The notes beneath the pieces were generated by a model that saw nothing but the letters and a program-made list of their open reading frames with translations, was not told the origin of the DNA and did no database searches. Positions 25,680 through 37,194 of a stretch of 64,000 bases of DNA are shown in pieces. Where the stretch lies: assembly GCA_002269645.1 (NCBI GenBank), contig NIVC01000554.1, positions 1-64,000 on the forward strand, read 5' to 3'. The DNA comes from Macrostomum lignano (Eukaryota). Position numbers and translations under genes: made by a program. Within the stretch, counting starts at the first letter, position 1; each line of letters starts with the position of its first letter.

Positions 25680-28600
25680 TAAACCAAGGCGTCGACCTTT
25701 TTTGTTTCCATTGTTTGTTGGGGGTATCAGAATTTCAGAATCAGATACATGTATGAAGCAGCATTACCTACAGTATTCAATTAGAAGCCGATTAAAATGC
25801 AATGCGTTGGATTTTTAGAGGGCGTGCTGAGCTAGGTATACGCAATTGCAAATGTAAGTCAATAATATTTGACGGAGCTGACGTGTGGATGTTTGTATAG
25901 TTTGAGCTAAACAAATTAAAGATAAGTGGAGTACTAACAAAGAGGGTTTAGACAAACCCGACCCTGTAGCTCAGCTCCCAGATATTGTAGCAAGCAAGCC
26001 TCGTGCACATGTAAGCTATTTTTTAGGCTGTGGTGTACGTTCCTTTAGGCAATGTTCCCTTTTATTTGTATTCTCAGCGGGTGTACGTTTCTTTACATAT
26101 GTAACTTGGAGCCTGTAAAAGCAAATATGAAATAAAATTTGCATGGTTGTTTGCTTTTTGAAACCGAAGCTGCAGTATGAGTTTTTTCTACAGAAGGACT
26201 TCTTTCGTGTCTCTCTCTAGAGAAGAATTGCTACTAGAAGATGCAATTTGCGTAAGTACTTTTGTGCTAGAATACAACACGTGACGTGATTTAACTGTAT
26301 ATGTAATGCTAGTAGAAAGTAGCAACAAAATATACATGTACATGTGCTATACATGAACAGCTGCAATTACGAGCGCGAATCTCGATACTTTTTATAGATT
26401 CGCAAAAATAGCTGGATTATGTGTGGCCTGGCATGCATTTATTACATGTACACACTGCTACCCACCGGTATAATATGTTACATGCATACTTGCGTTTAAG
26501 GCTACAGTAATAGTCGACGTAGTTGGAAATTTATATGGAATCGAATGTAGTGCATTACATGTGCTACATGTGCATTTACCAGCTGTCGATCGTACAGGTA
26601 GCATTTTAAAACTATTTTTAAATGTACATATTGTATAGGTAACTGTCCGTAGCCTGTGGTCTATAGCGCGGCGCTCTTATGTGCCAGCTGCCAATGCAAG
26701 GCTTGATTTCAAGTACAGTTAATTTGGAACTACATTTATTTACATGTACAAAATTGAAATCACGGCTTGTCGGATGGTCTGCTATTAACACCCTGCATCG
26801 TGGGCCAACGTCCCCAGTCACAAGGCAATTTAAATACCTTACGATAAATTAAATTACGGCAGCTGCTCGCTCCTGTGTATGCTGCCTGCCTATATTACAT
26901 ACGGACGTTTTGTAATCCGCGCTATTGTTGCCTGTACAGGGGGCGTGTCGGTGGAAATTGGCAGTAAATAAGTAGTTACATTTCGCTGGCTTTGTTAATT
27001 AATGCCACATAAAGTGCACCAGGATGCACCCAGCCCCCTGCATCGATAACTAACTTAATTAAGTTCAACCACTTTTTTTGAGACTTTTTCTGACTTGGCA
27101 ATCTGAATTTTCTTTAAGTTCTAAATGTGCAGGCATAGCTCATTTTACAGGCGCTGAACCAGAAAGTCTCCCTAGGATAAATTTATTTAGAAATTTTTAG
27201 ACTTAGTTGATAGTAAAGAAATATATAAAGCATGAAAAATACAATTTGATATACTTTTTTGATTTTCAAGGAAAATGATCGTATTCAAATAGGTGAACTG
27301 TTTTTTTATCGGTCCTGGTTACTGACGGCGGCCAGTATGGGTGGACTGACCTACCTATCACAGTCGATATTAGAGAATGATTAAGCCTATATTACTAGAC
27401 ATGGCCGCCGTGTCCTAAGGTATGGCATTAACTGCGTGCGTTATTGTTATGTTAATTTGTATAATGTTCAGTTAAAAAATCAGTTTAGCCTAGGCCTAGT
27501 GATTAGCTGTGGTGTTAGTGATCTGATCATATGATACTAATATAGATGCCAGGCGGTAAAATGAGGATTAAAACATGGAATAGATTCAATAGGACAAAAA
27601 AATTAATTTAAGAAATTGTTTTTCATTAATATTAATTTTTTCATTTAGAGTCATGCAAGTCACAAAATCAGAAAACCCTTAAAATGATTTGTTTTTTTTC
27701 TTGAAATTTTTTCTTGAAAGCAAACAATTTTTAACAATTTTTGACAATTTAAAATAAGTGGGATTGGGATAGATAGTTCATAGACCTAGTTTTACTTTTA
27801 GTAGCATAGGGCCTATGACCAAGATGGCCAGGCCACACACCAGGATGGCCATAGCTCTAAATGTATAAGTAGATAAAAATAAGCCTAGTTTGGCATTCCT
27901 TTGGTTTACAATCACCTCAAACAGTGACAATCACCACTTAAAATAATTGTAAGACAAAAACTAATAATATAATATTTTCAAATGAAAAGAAATATAGCCT
28001 AAAAAGTTGGCAAACTAACTGTTTATTTTAAAAGATGGTAAGATTGTTTTAGTTTAAATCACCTTTGGTTTACAATTATCCAAATGTATGTTTCCTATTA
28101 AAATGATTAGGAACTAAAGCTGGCTGTAGCTATTGGAAAGTATATCAAATATGACAAATAGTCACATGCCAAAAACTTCTTGGTATATTGGTATAGGCCT
28201 ATTTATTTTCATATTAGTCTCAATAAAGATTAGTGAGCACTTTTGGCTATCAGGCATGATGATGCTTAGAACCATTACCAAGGGTGCTTGTAATAAACAA
28301 TGTAAGTCATCTAAATGTTGCTTAGGATCTTTGACATTAGCCCAGAGATAATGTAGTCAATTATTTTGCCTAATGATGTTAGCATCAATAATGAAAGCTT
28401 CCATAGTCTGGATTATGCTGCGTGCATACCTGAACAAAAATTGAAGAATTACAAATGTATACCAAAAAAATTGAGTTTACTCTTGCATTCTCAATTCTAG
28501 GCCAATGTTGCAATTGTCAATGACCTTTTTTATATTGTATAAAGGATCTTTTTTGGCTGATAATTTGGTTGATTATTTATCTTTCTTGTCTATACTATTT

Positions 28601-28688
28601 AAAGCGAAAATTCAGTATGTACAAACATTCATTGTGTCAAACATTCATGAGCTTAAAAGCTGGAAAATTTGAAATTTATGCTTAAATA

Positions 28689-29492
28689 CATACATGCGCA
28701 ACCTTCAAAATTCGGTCGGCCATAAATTCGGTGTACTTATTTCTATAGCAAAGCAAATCAGTTCGATAGGATTATCTTTTATAGGAATAGCAATAGTATA
28801 ATAAGATATTAAGATATATTTTCTTATGGTTTAGGAATGCTAAATGGTTTCTTTTTCATAATTGAAGAATTAGATCTTCTTTAAGCATTGTCTTTAGTGG
28901 TTATTGCTTCACTAGATAGTGAATCTTCCTTAGGTCTTGCACTATCTTATGCATCTATTATTGTATGAACTTCAAGCTTTTATCTATCTATTATTGCTAT
29001 TGTTGCATTGTTGCATGTTGTACATGTCTTTCTCTGTATTTTGAATTTGCTATTACAAAGTAAAGCGCTAATGTTTAGACTTTCTAGTTTTTCAAGTTTC
29101 AAAAAATGCTACCAGATTGCATATACTAAAGTTCCTGAGCCATCTTATACTAAGAACTAATAGTGTTAAAAAAATTGCAAAATAGAGAAAAATGATATTT
29201 TGAACCATACATGTGCAACCTCCAAAATTCGGTTGGCTGTGTGACTTAATTTTAACAAAAATGCGATGTAGTTTTTGGCCAAAAATGCGACTTACATGTA
29301 AAAAAAATCCTAAAGCAAAATTAACGTAACTTTGGGTAAACAGGGGGAGTAACTATAACTGTCTTATTAGGCCAAAATGCCTCGTCAGCTACTTAGTACT
29401 ACTACTTGGGTGGGCATTTTTGCGACTTTCTTGATTGGCCGCCAAATTGGTCAGCTGGATCGGCCGACTTGGCCGACTGTTGCGCATGTATG
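28689..29492. mobile_element. Non-autonomous hAT-type DNA transposon (804 bp)
   Basis: Perfect 14-bp TIR catacatgcgcaac (28689-28702) / gttgcgcatgtatg (29479-29492); 8-bp TSD cttaaata at 28681-28688 and 29493-29500; internal second left-end copy at 29206. Confidence 0.88.
29334..29397 (+). pseudogene. Degenerate ~64-bp fragment of 28S rDNA (domain IV, R2/I-PpoI target region) inside the hAT element
   Basis: gggtaaacagggggagtaactataactgtctta..aaatgcctcgtcagctacttagt versus the eukaryotic LSU consensus GGGTAAACGGCGGGAGTAACTATGACTCTCTTAAGGTAGCCAAATGCCTCGTCATCTAATTAGT (recalled): 29/33 and 21/23 identical in two blocks. Confidence 0.8.
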
Positions 29493-31304
29493 CTTAAATA
29501 TAAATATTTCAATCTTTTTTTACTCAATACTAACTCTTGCATGATTCTATGAAGTGCATACTAGCTGTGCAGGCATGCTATTTTCTTGAGAGTCATATAT
29601 GCCAACTGTGCATGCCTAACTTTAGGTATACAAGGCCAATGCATGCCTATTTTTGGGCATATACTACATGATCCAAAGTGTGGAATAGCTTCTTATATAA
29701 GAAGATATGCACAAGTCTACCATGGGGCATGGGACTTTAGCCAGTTTAGTAGACCTTTTGGCCCTCTGCATAATAGCATTTCTGATTGACAAGTATACTA
29801 TATTAGACAATAATAGCCTTGCTATGCATGCCTAGATCCTCTTTGATGAGTTTTCTCATTGTGGAGTTAGCCATGCTAAAGTCATGTGCTAGCTGTTAGA
29901 TGCTCCTTTTGGAATTTCGATGAATCTATTGTTTAGGGCTTAAATTGTAAAAGCAATATAAGATGTATAAGAGTACCTGTTGCCATGCCAAGCTTTTATG
30001 TCCCTAGTCTTATTAAACAGCTTTTTGGTTGGTTTGGTAAAATTGCATTCTTGATACACTAATCTTGCTATTGATGCCAGTTTCTTATCTACACAAAACT
30101 TTTTAACTATCTTTTTGAAAATCTTATTGTACCTGGCCATTTTATAAACAAATTGAATCAAATTTTTTATTAAAACTTTAGACTCCCTATGTCACTTGTG
30201 TCTGTACTTATAGTCCTAAAAACAAAGAAAAACAGAAATAAAAATTGTAAGTCTAACATTTCAATATATGCGCCTAGTATTAGCTATTTAAAAAAATTAA
30301 AAGCTTAACAAAGATTGTGTTACCCAATGTGAAATAGATTTGAAGCTAAAAATTATTGCATTGAAGTGACTTTTACAAGCTAAAAAATGCACATTTGCAA
30401 CTGTTTGTGGGAAAAAGTCAGTGTTAGGCAAAGTTCTGGCACTTCTAGGATTTTTAGTACCAGAAGTTACTCTTTTTAAAGTGGCACTTTTTTCTGGTTC
30501 TTTTTTTAGAATGCCGGACTTCAGTAATAAAAGTTACTATTTGATAAGTCTAGTCTTCTAGTACTTGAACTTGAAATTTTGGGTGCCAAAAAGTCAATTT
30601 GGCACTAAATATTTCCCTAAAGTGCAAAACTTTCACCAAAATACTTGTAGAACAATTATAAAAAGGTAAAAAAAGATTATCCTAGATCATGTGGTTTTTA
30701 CTTTTTAAGTTAAAGCATGTTTAAGCATCATATAGAATCATAGAATGAAGTAATTAAATTGGTAACTATTAATACTGAAATAAGACACATTCAACACAAT
30801 AAACATCCTTGTTTAACAAGTTTTCTAACAAGCATAACTAGCAGTACATCAGGACACTGCACTCGTGATTTGCAGAACATTTTTTGAAGGCCAATTTCTT
30901 CATTTCAATGTTTGTACAGTACAAAATGAGTGATGCATTCTAAGAAGGTGAGTTTAACTCCTTTGAGGCTAATTTCATTTTCTAATTGCAGTGCAAAGGC
31001 ACTATAATCAAGTTATTTTAAAGTCTTGTGCATTGTTCCATCTATCAAATTCCAGTATCTTTTGTTGTCCAGATGGTATCTTTTTTGTTAACTGTTAATT
31101 GGCATTTCTAAGGCTCCCAGAATATTATTGTACCATGACCTTTGTGCCCACTGGGCACTTATTCTTGCCTTTTAATGTCATAGACTACACTTAAGCCCAC
31201 TTGCAAGAAAGAAATATCAAATAAATTGTCTATGTCAAACTTACTTTAATGCAAATAAGTGGGCAGTTAATGACACAAATGTCTATGGCACAATAATAGT
31301 AATA

Positions 31305-32310
31305 CCCCTGCTCTAAGGGCATTAATGGGAAAATCAGAGGGTGCCATTAGGCATTAATGGGAAAATCAGAGGGTGCCATTAGGTGCCCAAGGACAGTGTT
31401 GGGCACCATTAATGAAAATCTTAACTTCTGTTAATAGCAAAAGCGTTAGCGTTAAAACAAAAAATCTTAACTTTTTAACTCCTAATTTCGTTAAGTTAAC
31501 TAAAAGTTAAGTGATAATCGTTAATCAGCAATAATCCGTTAAAGTTAACACAGAAAATATGGAAATCTTGCAGGTTGTTTCCAAAACAGACTTCATATTG
31601 CACATCTTTGCTATTCCATCTTTTTAGCGAAACACAGAGGTCATCTAAGCGATTTGAAAGCTAAAAAAGTAATAAATAATCATTTTAAAAATTTGCATGC
31701 ATAATACTACTAAAAGTAAAGCATATGGTAAAAAAGTAACTTATTTTCTTTGAAACTTGAAAGCTAATAGTGAGAAATTCATAATTAAATACGCATAGAA
31801 AGGTTGTTTCAGTACCATTAGCAGGCACAGCAGAAAGTTGCGAAAGATTGGGACAGAAGTGAATCAAAGCGATTGATGCTCATGCGCAAGAAATAAAGTT
31901 TTACACTATTTTAATTCATTATTTTAAAGTTTATTTGTAAGAATTTGTTAATTACATGTACGTCTGTATGATCATCGTCATAAATAAAGAGATTATATTT
32001 AGGCATATAGGTAAGCTCAAATACATTCGTAATGTTTTTAACTTCTTGTAAGACTTCTATTTTTTGTTCCTTCTTTGCGTCTTTGGTCATTGACATAGAC
32101 ACTACCGTTAATGATGAATTTATCGTTAATTCACAAAATTTTGAACCCAAATTCATTAATCCGTTAGTTCAAAAAAATCTTAACAACAGTCCGTTAACAT
32201 TAATGAAAAATCTTAATGCTTATTAACGCTCATTAACAGATTAATGCTTATTAACAGACTGGTGCCCAAAACTGCCCAAGGATTTCTCATTAATGCCCGC
32301 AAAGCATGAG
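31305..32310. mobile_element. Small MITE-like element (~117 bp once the inner insertion is removed), TA-flanked
   Basis: Imperfect ~28-bp IR cccctgctctaagggcattaatgggaaa / tttctcattaatgcccgcaaagcatgag; TA on both sides; internal 32-bp tandem duplication. Confidence 0.55.
31394..32274. mobile_element. Nested non-autonomous hAT-type element (881 bp)
   Basis: TIR cagtgttgggcacc / ggtgcccaaaactg (13/14); 8-bp TSD cccaagga at 31386-31393 and 32275-32282; many gttaa/ttaac subterminal motifs. Confidence 0.9.
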
Positions 32311-33972
32311 TATTAATGTATTGATTCTAAATGAGTCAGCAATAAAAAAGTATACTTACACTACTGTAAAAATATAGCTGCTGTAAAACTACAGCACAAT
32401 ACAATGTAGTAAGGCAACAAGAGAATGGCCCACACAGACTAAAAGTCGCCTGAACTATTCTACACTGATCATTGTGACATCTATTGGACAAACATTATCT
32501 CCATACATACTTCTGAAGAGTCAGAATCAATATTTGAAAATCAGCCTCCAATTTTTTTATGCAAATTGTGTGGATGTACTATTAATCTTTGTTTTGTAAA
32601 GGTGTTACTTATTCACTCAAATTCTGGATGCAATAATAACAAAAAACATTATGTAGCATCTTTATTTGAGGAATAACATCATGTTTAACTCTAGACCAAC
32701 ACACGTTAACTCTAGACCAGCAAGTACTTTTAATTGGTAGTTCTTTAAAATTAGAAAGGACTGGTAATGGAAGTACTGGGAGTTACTTTTTTTTAAAAGT
32801 ACCGGTACTGGAACAAATGCCAGAAGTTACTTTCCTTGGAACTGGAGATTACCAAACCGGAAGTTATTTTTTCAGAGTAACTTGCCTAACACTGGAAAAA
32901 GTTATTGAAGTTTTTTTCCTATTTCCTATACTTTTATTAAAAAAGAGACCTCACTAAGTAAAAATGCATTTTGTGATTGATCTTTATGTTTTTACTCTGT
33001 TGTTAAATCAGACTGATAACTAATCTTTTGTTATAGATAAGATTACTATATTTTATTGCAGATTGTCACAATTAATATTTTTATGCCTCACTATACATAT
33101 ATGGCACCTATGCTAGCTTATACAAATATAAAAAAGTGATTTTCTTAACCAAATCGAAGGTCTTTTAGTGTAGGCAAACTTCATACTTTATAGCATATTA
33201 TTTTATAATAAGCTAGGCTCAAAACAAAAATATTCAAAACAATAGCCTATCAGTAGTCATTTATCTATATGTTTTGCATTTAAAAACCAAAGCAAACAAT
33301 ATATATACTGACCTGATACAGAAGTCAGGAACTGATTGTTGTTAATAATGAGTATGAATTCTTGTGATATATTTGTAGAATAGCCAAAGTTAATTAATGA
33401 GTTACAAAAAAGGGCAATAGCTTAAATATAATTTAATATTAATGTACTTTCTAAGTAAGTAAAAAGAATAGGAATTGGTAGAGAAAGTGGCCATGCAAGG
33501 CTGGTGCAATGATGCACATTGAACTGCACAGAGTATGCATTGATTTACTGAGTACAAACTGAACACAAAATGCAAACACAGTGACTAAGCTAAGTTAAGC
33601 AAACAAACCCCACACAGTTACCTAGCTCACAAACTAACCAACTGTCACTTCATATACATTAGTATAAAAGTAATAATAGGCATTAACAATGCTAATTTCA
33701 GATGTAGCCAAGAAAACAAGCAATAAAAATGAGAAAACTGTTCATGAATTAACAAAAACACAAATTTAGAATATGGTCTAAAACGGTATTTATGCATTCT
33801 ATTTCTCTTACTTATTAAGTTGGCCAAATTGAATTTTTATATCTATTATTGCAGTCATTTTAATACTAATGTCCTTTTAATACTGCTATCACTTTAATAT
33901 TTATGTCTTTTTGGCTTGTAATAGTATTGTCATTTTAATAACCCTAGCATTGTAATAGCCATTGTTTTAATA

Positions 33973-34024
33973 GTTAAGGGTAAGGGTTCAGGGTTAGGTT
34001 AGGTTTCAAGGTTAGGTTAGGGTA
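33973..34024 (+). repeat. Short degenerate telomere-like (TTAGGG/TTAGG) tract
   Basis: gttaagggtaagggttcagggttaggttaggtttcaaggttaggttagggta. Confidence 0.6.
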
Positions 34025-34112
34025 TACACTACATGGTTGAATTTATTGTCGGTAGTGTGCTCTTGTGCTTTGCAGTTTACAAGCTTGAAATATTAAGCTG
34101 GAACAGAGAAAA

Positions 34113-35208
34113 ATGTCTGTCAGCCAATCACTAGCCAATCTAGAGCAGGCTGTTCAACTGCTACACAATGGCCAGTTAGAGCTGTGCACAAAGCTAGTTG
34201 AGCAGGCTAAAACTGCTCAGCCTGAGCTGCTAACGAGCAGCCGGGACTCCTCAGGCCGTGGCCTATTGCACTGGGCCTGCGTTAAAGGCGCTGAGCGTAT
34301 TGTGGAACTGGCGCTGACTGCTGGCAGTCCGGAGACTGTCGACTCGACAGACGATCAGGATTGGACGCCGCTGATGCTGGCCGCTTCGGCTGGTCACCTA
34401 GCCGTTGCTAGGCGGTTGCTAGGCGCCGGGGCCAATCCGGACGCTTCTAATGCTACTGGGCAGCGAGCTTTGCACTACGCGGCTTCAAAGAATCGACCGG
34501 AACTCGCCCGGCTGCTGCTCGACGCCGGGGCCGACGCTGGGCCGCGGATGCCACTTCCGGGGTGACGCCGTTGCATAGAAGCTGCGCGCAGGTATGTAAT
34601 TCCACAGCTTTTCAATGAAGGTCAAGTGGAAAATTCCATAGTATTACAATGAAGGTCAAGTGGAAAATTCCACAGTATTTCAATGAAGGTCAAGTGGAAA
34701 ATTCCATAGTATTACAATGAAGGTCAAGTGGAAAATTCCACAGTATTTCAATGAAAGTCAAGTGGAAAATTCCATAGTATTTCAATGAAGGTCAAGTGGA
34801 AAATTCTACAGTATTTCAATGAAGGTCAAGTAGAAAATTCCATAGTATTTCGAATGAAGGTCAAGTGGAAAATTCCAAAGTATTTTTGTTAAGCTGGGAT
34901 GGAAAATTCCACATAAAATCACAAGCTACTCAAATCAATCCATTTGACCATCCCGCACCCAGGGCCACACTGCGGTGACCAGCCTTCTTCTAAGCCGCGG
35001 AGCGCCTGTCAACGTCAGCGACTCTGTCGGCAACACGCCGCTGCACTTCGCCTGCGAAGAGGGCCGTCTAGAAGATGCCCGACTGCTGATTGAAGCCGGT
35101 GCCAATGTCGGCCACATCAACAAAGAGGAGAAGACGGCATTTGACTTGGCGCCAAGTCCTGCGGATAAGCGGCAGCTGGAGCTGTTTGCCCAGAATGTTA
35201 ATCAGTGA
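34113..35208 (+). CDS. PSMD10: Gankyrin / 26S proteasome regulatory subunit 10; join(34113..34591,34963..35208) with a 1-nt frameshift at ~34539-34541
   Basis: Ankyrin repeats with LHWAC, WTPLMLAASAG, LHYAASKNR, GNTPLHFACEE, NKEEKT colinear with gankyrin. Adding one G to the GGG run restores ADAGAADATSGVTPLHRSCAQ|GHTAV across a phase-0 intron. Confidence 0.88.
34614..34885. repeat. 34-bp minisatellite (aatgaaggtcaagtggaaaattccatagtattac) x~8 in PSMD10 intron
   Basis: Direct reading. Confidence 0.93.
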
Positions 35209-35419
35209 ATGTTGCTTGCGCATTCCGAACTGTGTGTGTCTGCTGCACCGAGACTAAATTGCCGGGTTTTTTGCATTTTTCTTAATTGATTTACCAGTAG
35301 CAAAATACATGATTGTGAAACTCGGGTTTGCGTTTTTTTAATTCTAATACCAGCATCTATTCTGCGTCTTTTTAGTATTGTACCGATGTATGGATATAGT
35401 GTTAGTTGAGAGGCCAATC

Positions 35420-37068
35420 AAGCATCTTGATGGAGCGGAGAGGCAGGTTTAAGGATCTGGATGGAGAGCGGAGAGGCAGGCTCAAAGCATCTTGATGGAG
35501 AGCGGAGAGGCAGGTTCAAGCATCTTGATGGAGAGCGGAGAGGCAGGTTCAAAGTATCTTGATGGAGAGCGGAGAGGCAGGTTCAAGCATCTTGATGGAG
35601 AGCGGAGAGGCAGGTTCAAGCATCTTGATGGAGCGGAGAGGCAGGTTCAAGCATCTTGATGGAGCGGAGAGACAGGTTCAAGCATCTTGATGGAGCGGAG
35701 AGGCAGGTTCAAGCATCTTGATGGAGCGGAGAGACAGGTTCAAGCATCTTGATGGAGCGGAGAGGCAGGTTCAAGCATCTTGATGGAGCGGAGAGACAGG
35801 TTCAAGCATCTTGATGGAGCGGAGAGGCAGGTTCAAGCATCTTGATGGAGCGGAGAGACAGGTTTAAGGATCTTCTTGATGGAGCGGAGAGACAGGTTCA
35901 AGCATCTTGATGGAGAGCGGAGAGGCAGGTTCAAGAATCTTGATGGAGAGCGGAGAGGCAGGTTCAAGCATCTTGATGGAGAGCGGAGAGGCAGGCAGGT
36001 TCAAGCATCTTGATGGAGAGCGGAGAGGCAGGTTCAAGCATCTTGATGGAGCGGAGAGACAGGTTCAAGCATCTTGATGGAGCGGAGAGACAGGTTTAAG
36101 GATCTTCTTGATGGAGCGGAGAGACAGGTTCAAGCATCTTGATGGAGCGGAGAGACAGGTTTAAGGATCTTCTTGATGGAGCGGAGAGACAGGTTCAAGC
36201 ATCTTGATGGAGAGCGGAGAGGCAGGTTCAAGAATCTTGATGGAGAGCGGAGAGGCAGGTTCAAGCATCTTGATGGAGAGCGGAGAGGCAGGCAGGTTCA
36301 AGCATCTTGATGGAGAGCGGAGAGGCAGGTTCAAGCATCTTGATGGAGAGCGGAGAGGCAGGCAGGTTCAAGCATCTTGATGGAGAGCGGAGAGGCATGT
36401 TCAAGCATCTTGATGGAGAGCGGAGAGGCAGGCTCAAAGCATCTTGATGGAGAGCGGAGAGGCAGGTTCAAGCATCTTGAGGGAGAGCGGAGAGGCAGGT
36501 TCAAGCATCTTGAGGGAGAGCGGAGAGGCAGGTTCAAGCATCTTGATGGAGAGCGGAGAGGCAGGTTCAAGCATCTTGATGGAGAGCGGAGAGGCAGGCA
36601 GGTTCAAGCATCTTGATGGAGAGCGGAGAGGCAGGCAGGTTCAAGCATCTTGATGGAGAGCGGAGAGGCATGTTCAAGCATCTTGAGGGAGAGCGGAGAG
36701 GCAGGTTCAAGCATCTTGATGGAGCGGAGAGACAGGTTTAAGGATCTTCTTGATGGAGCGGAGAGACAGGTTCAAGCATCTTGATGGAGAGCGGAGAGGC
36801 AGGCAGGTTCAAGCATCTTGATGGAGAGCGGAGAGGCAGGCAGGTTCAAGCATCTTGATGGAGAGCGGAGAGGCAGGTTCAAGCATCTTGAGGGAGAGCG
36901 GAGAGGCAGGCAGGTTCAAGCATCTTGATGGAGAGCGGAGAGGCAGGCAGGTTCAAGCATCTTGATGGAGAGCGGAGAGGCAGGCAGGTTCAAGCATCTT
37001 GATGGAGAGCGGAGAGGCATGTTCAAGGATCTTGATGGAGAGCGGAGAGGCAGGTGCAAGGATCTCAA
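35420..37068. repeat. ~33-bp minisatellite (caagcatcttgatggagagcggagaggcaggtt; 31/37-bp variants), ~50 copies, intergenic
   Basis: Direct reading; variant units recur in higher-order blocks. Confidence 0.96.
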
Positions 37069-37194
37069 GTGTAATAGAGAAGCAGGTGCAATGCAATCAT
37101 TTCATCAGTGTTACTTATCATTTATACAGACCTTACACATTACTGTTTCAGTTATTAATAAGCAGCTGTACATTCCCGGTCAAATCATACAGCA

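Larger units (their letters stand above)
30419..32894. mobile_element. Non-autonomous hAT-type element (outer, 2476 bp including nested insertions)
   Basis: TIR cagtgttaggcaa / ttgcctaacactg; 8-bp TSD gaaaaagt at 30411-30418 and 32895-32902; no transposase ORF. Confidence 0.88.

Noticed and set aside
29334-29397. Functional rRNA gene
   Set aside because: Only ~64 bp, degenerate and inside a transposon; recorded as a fragment.
31911-32226. Short ORFs inside the inner hAT as a transposase remnant
   Set aside because: No BED finger, DDE or hATC motif recognisable.
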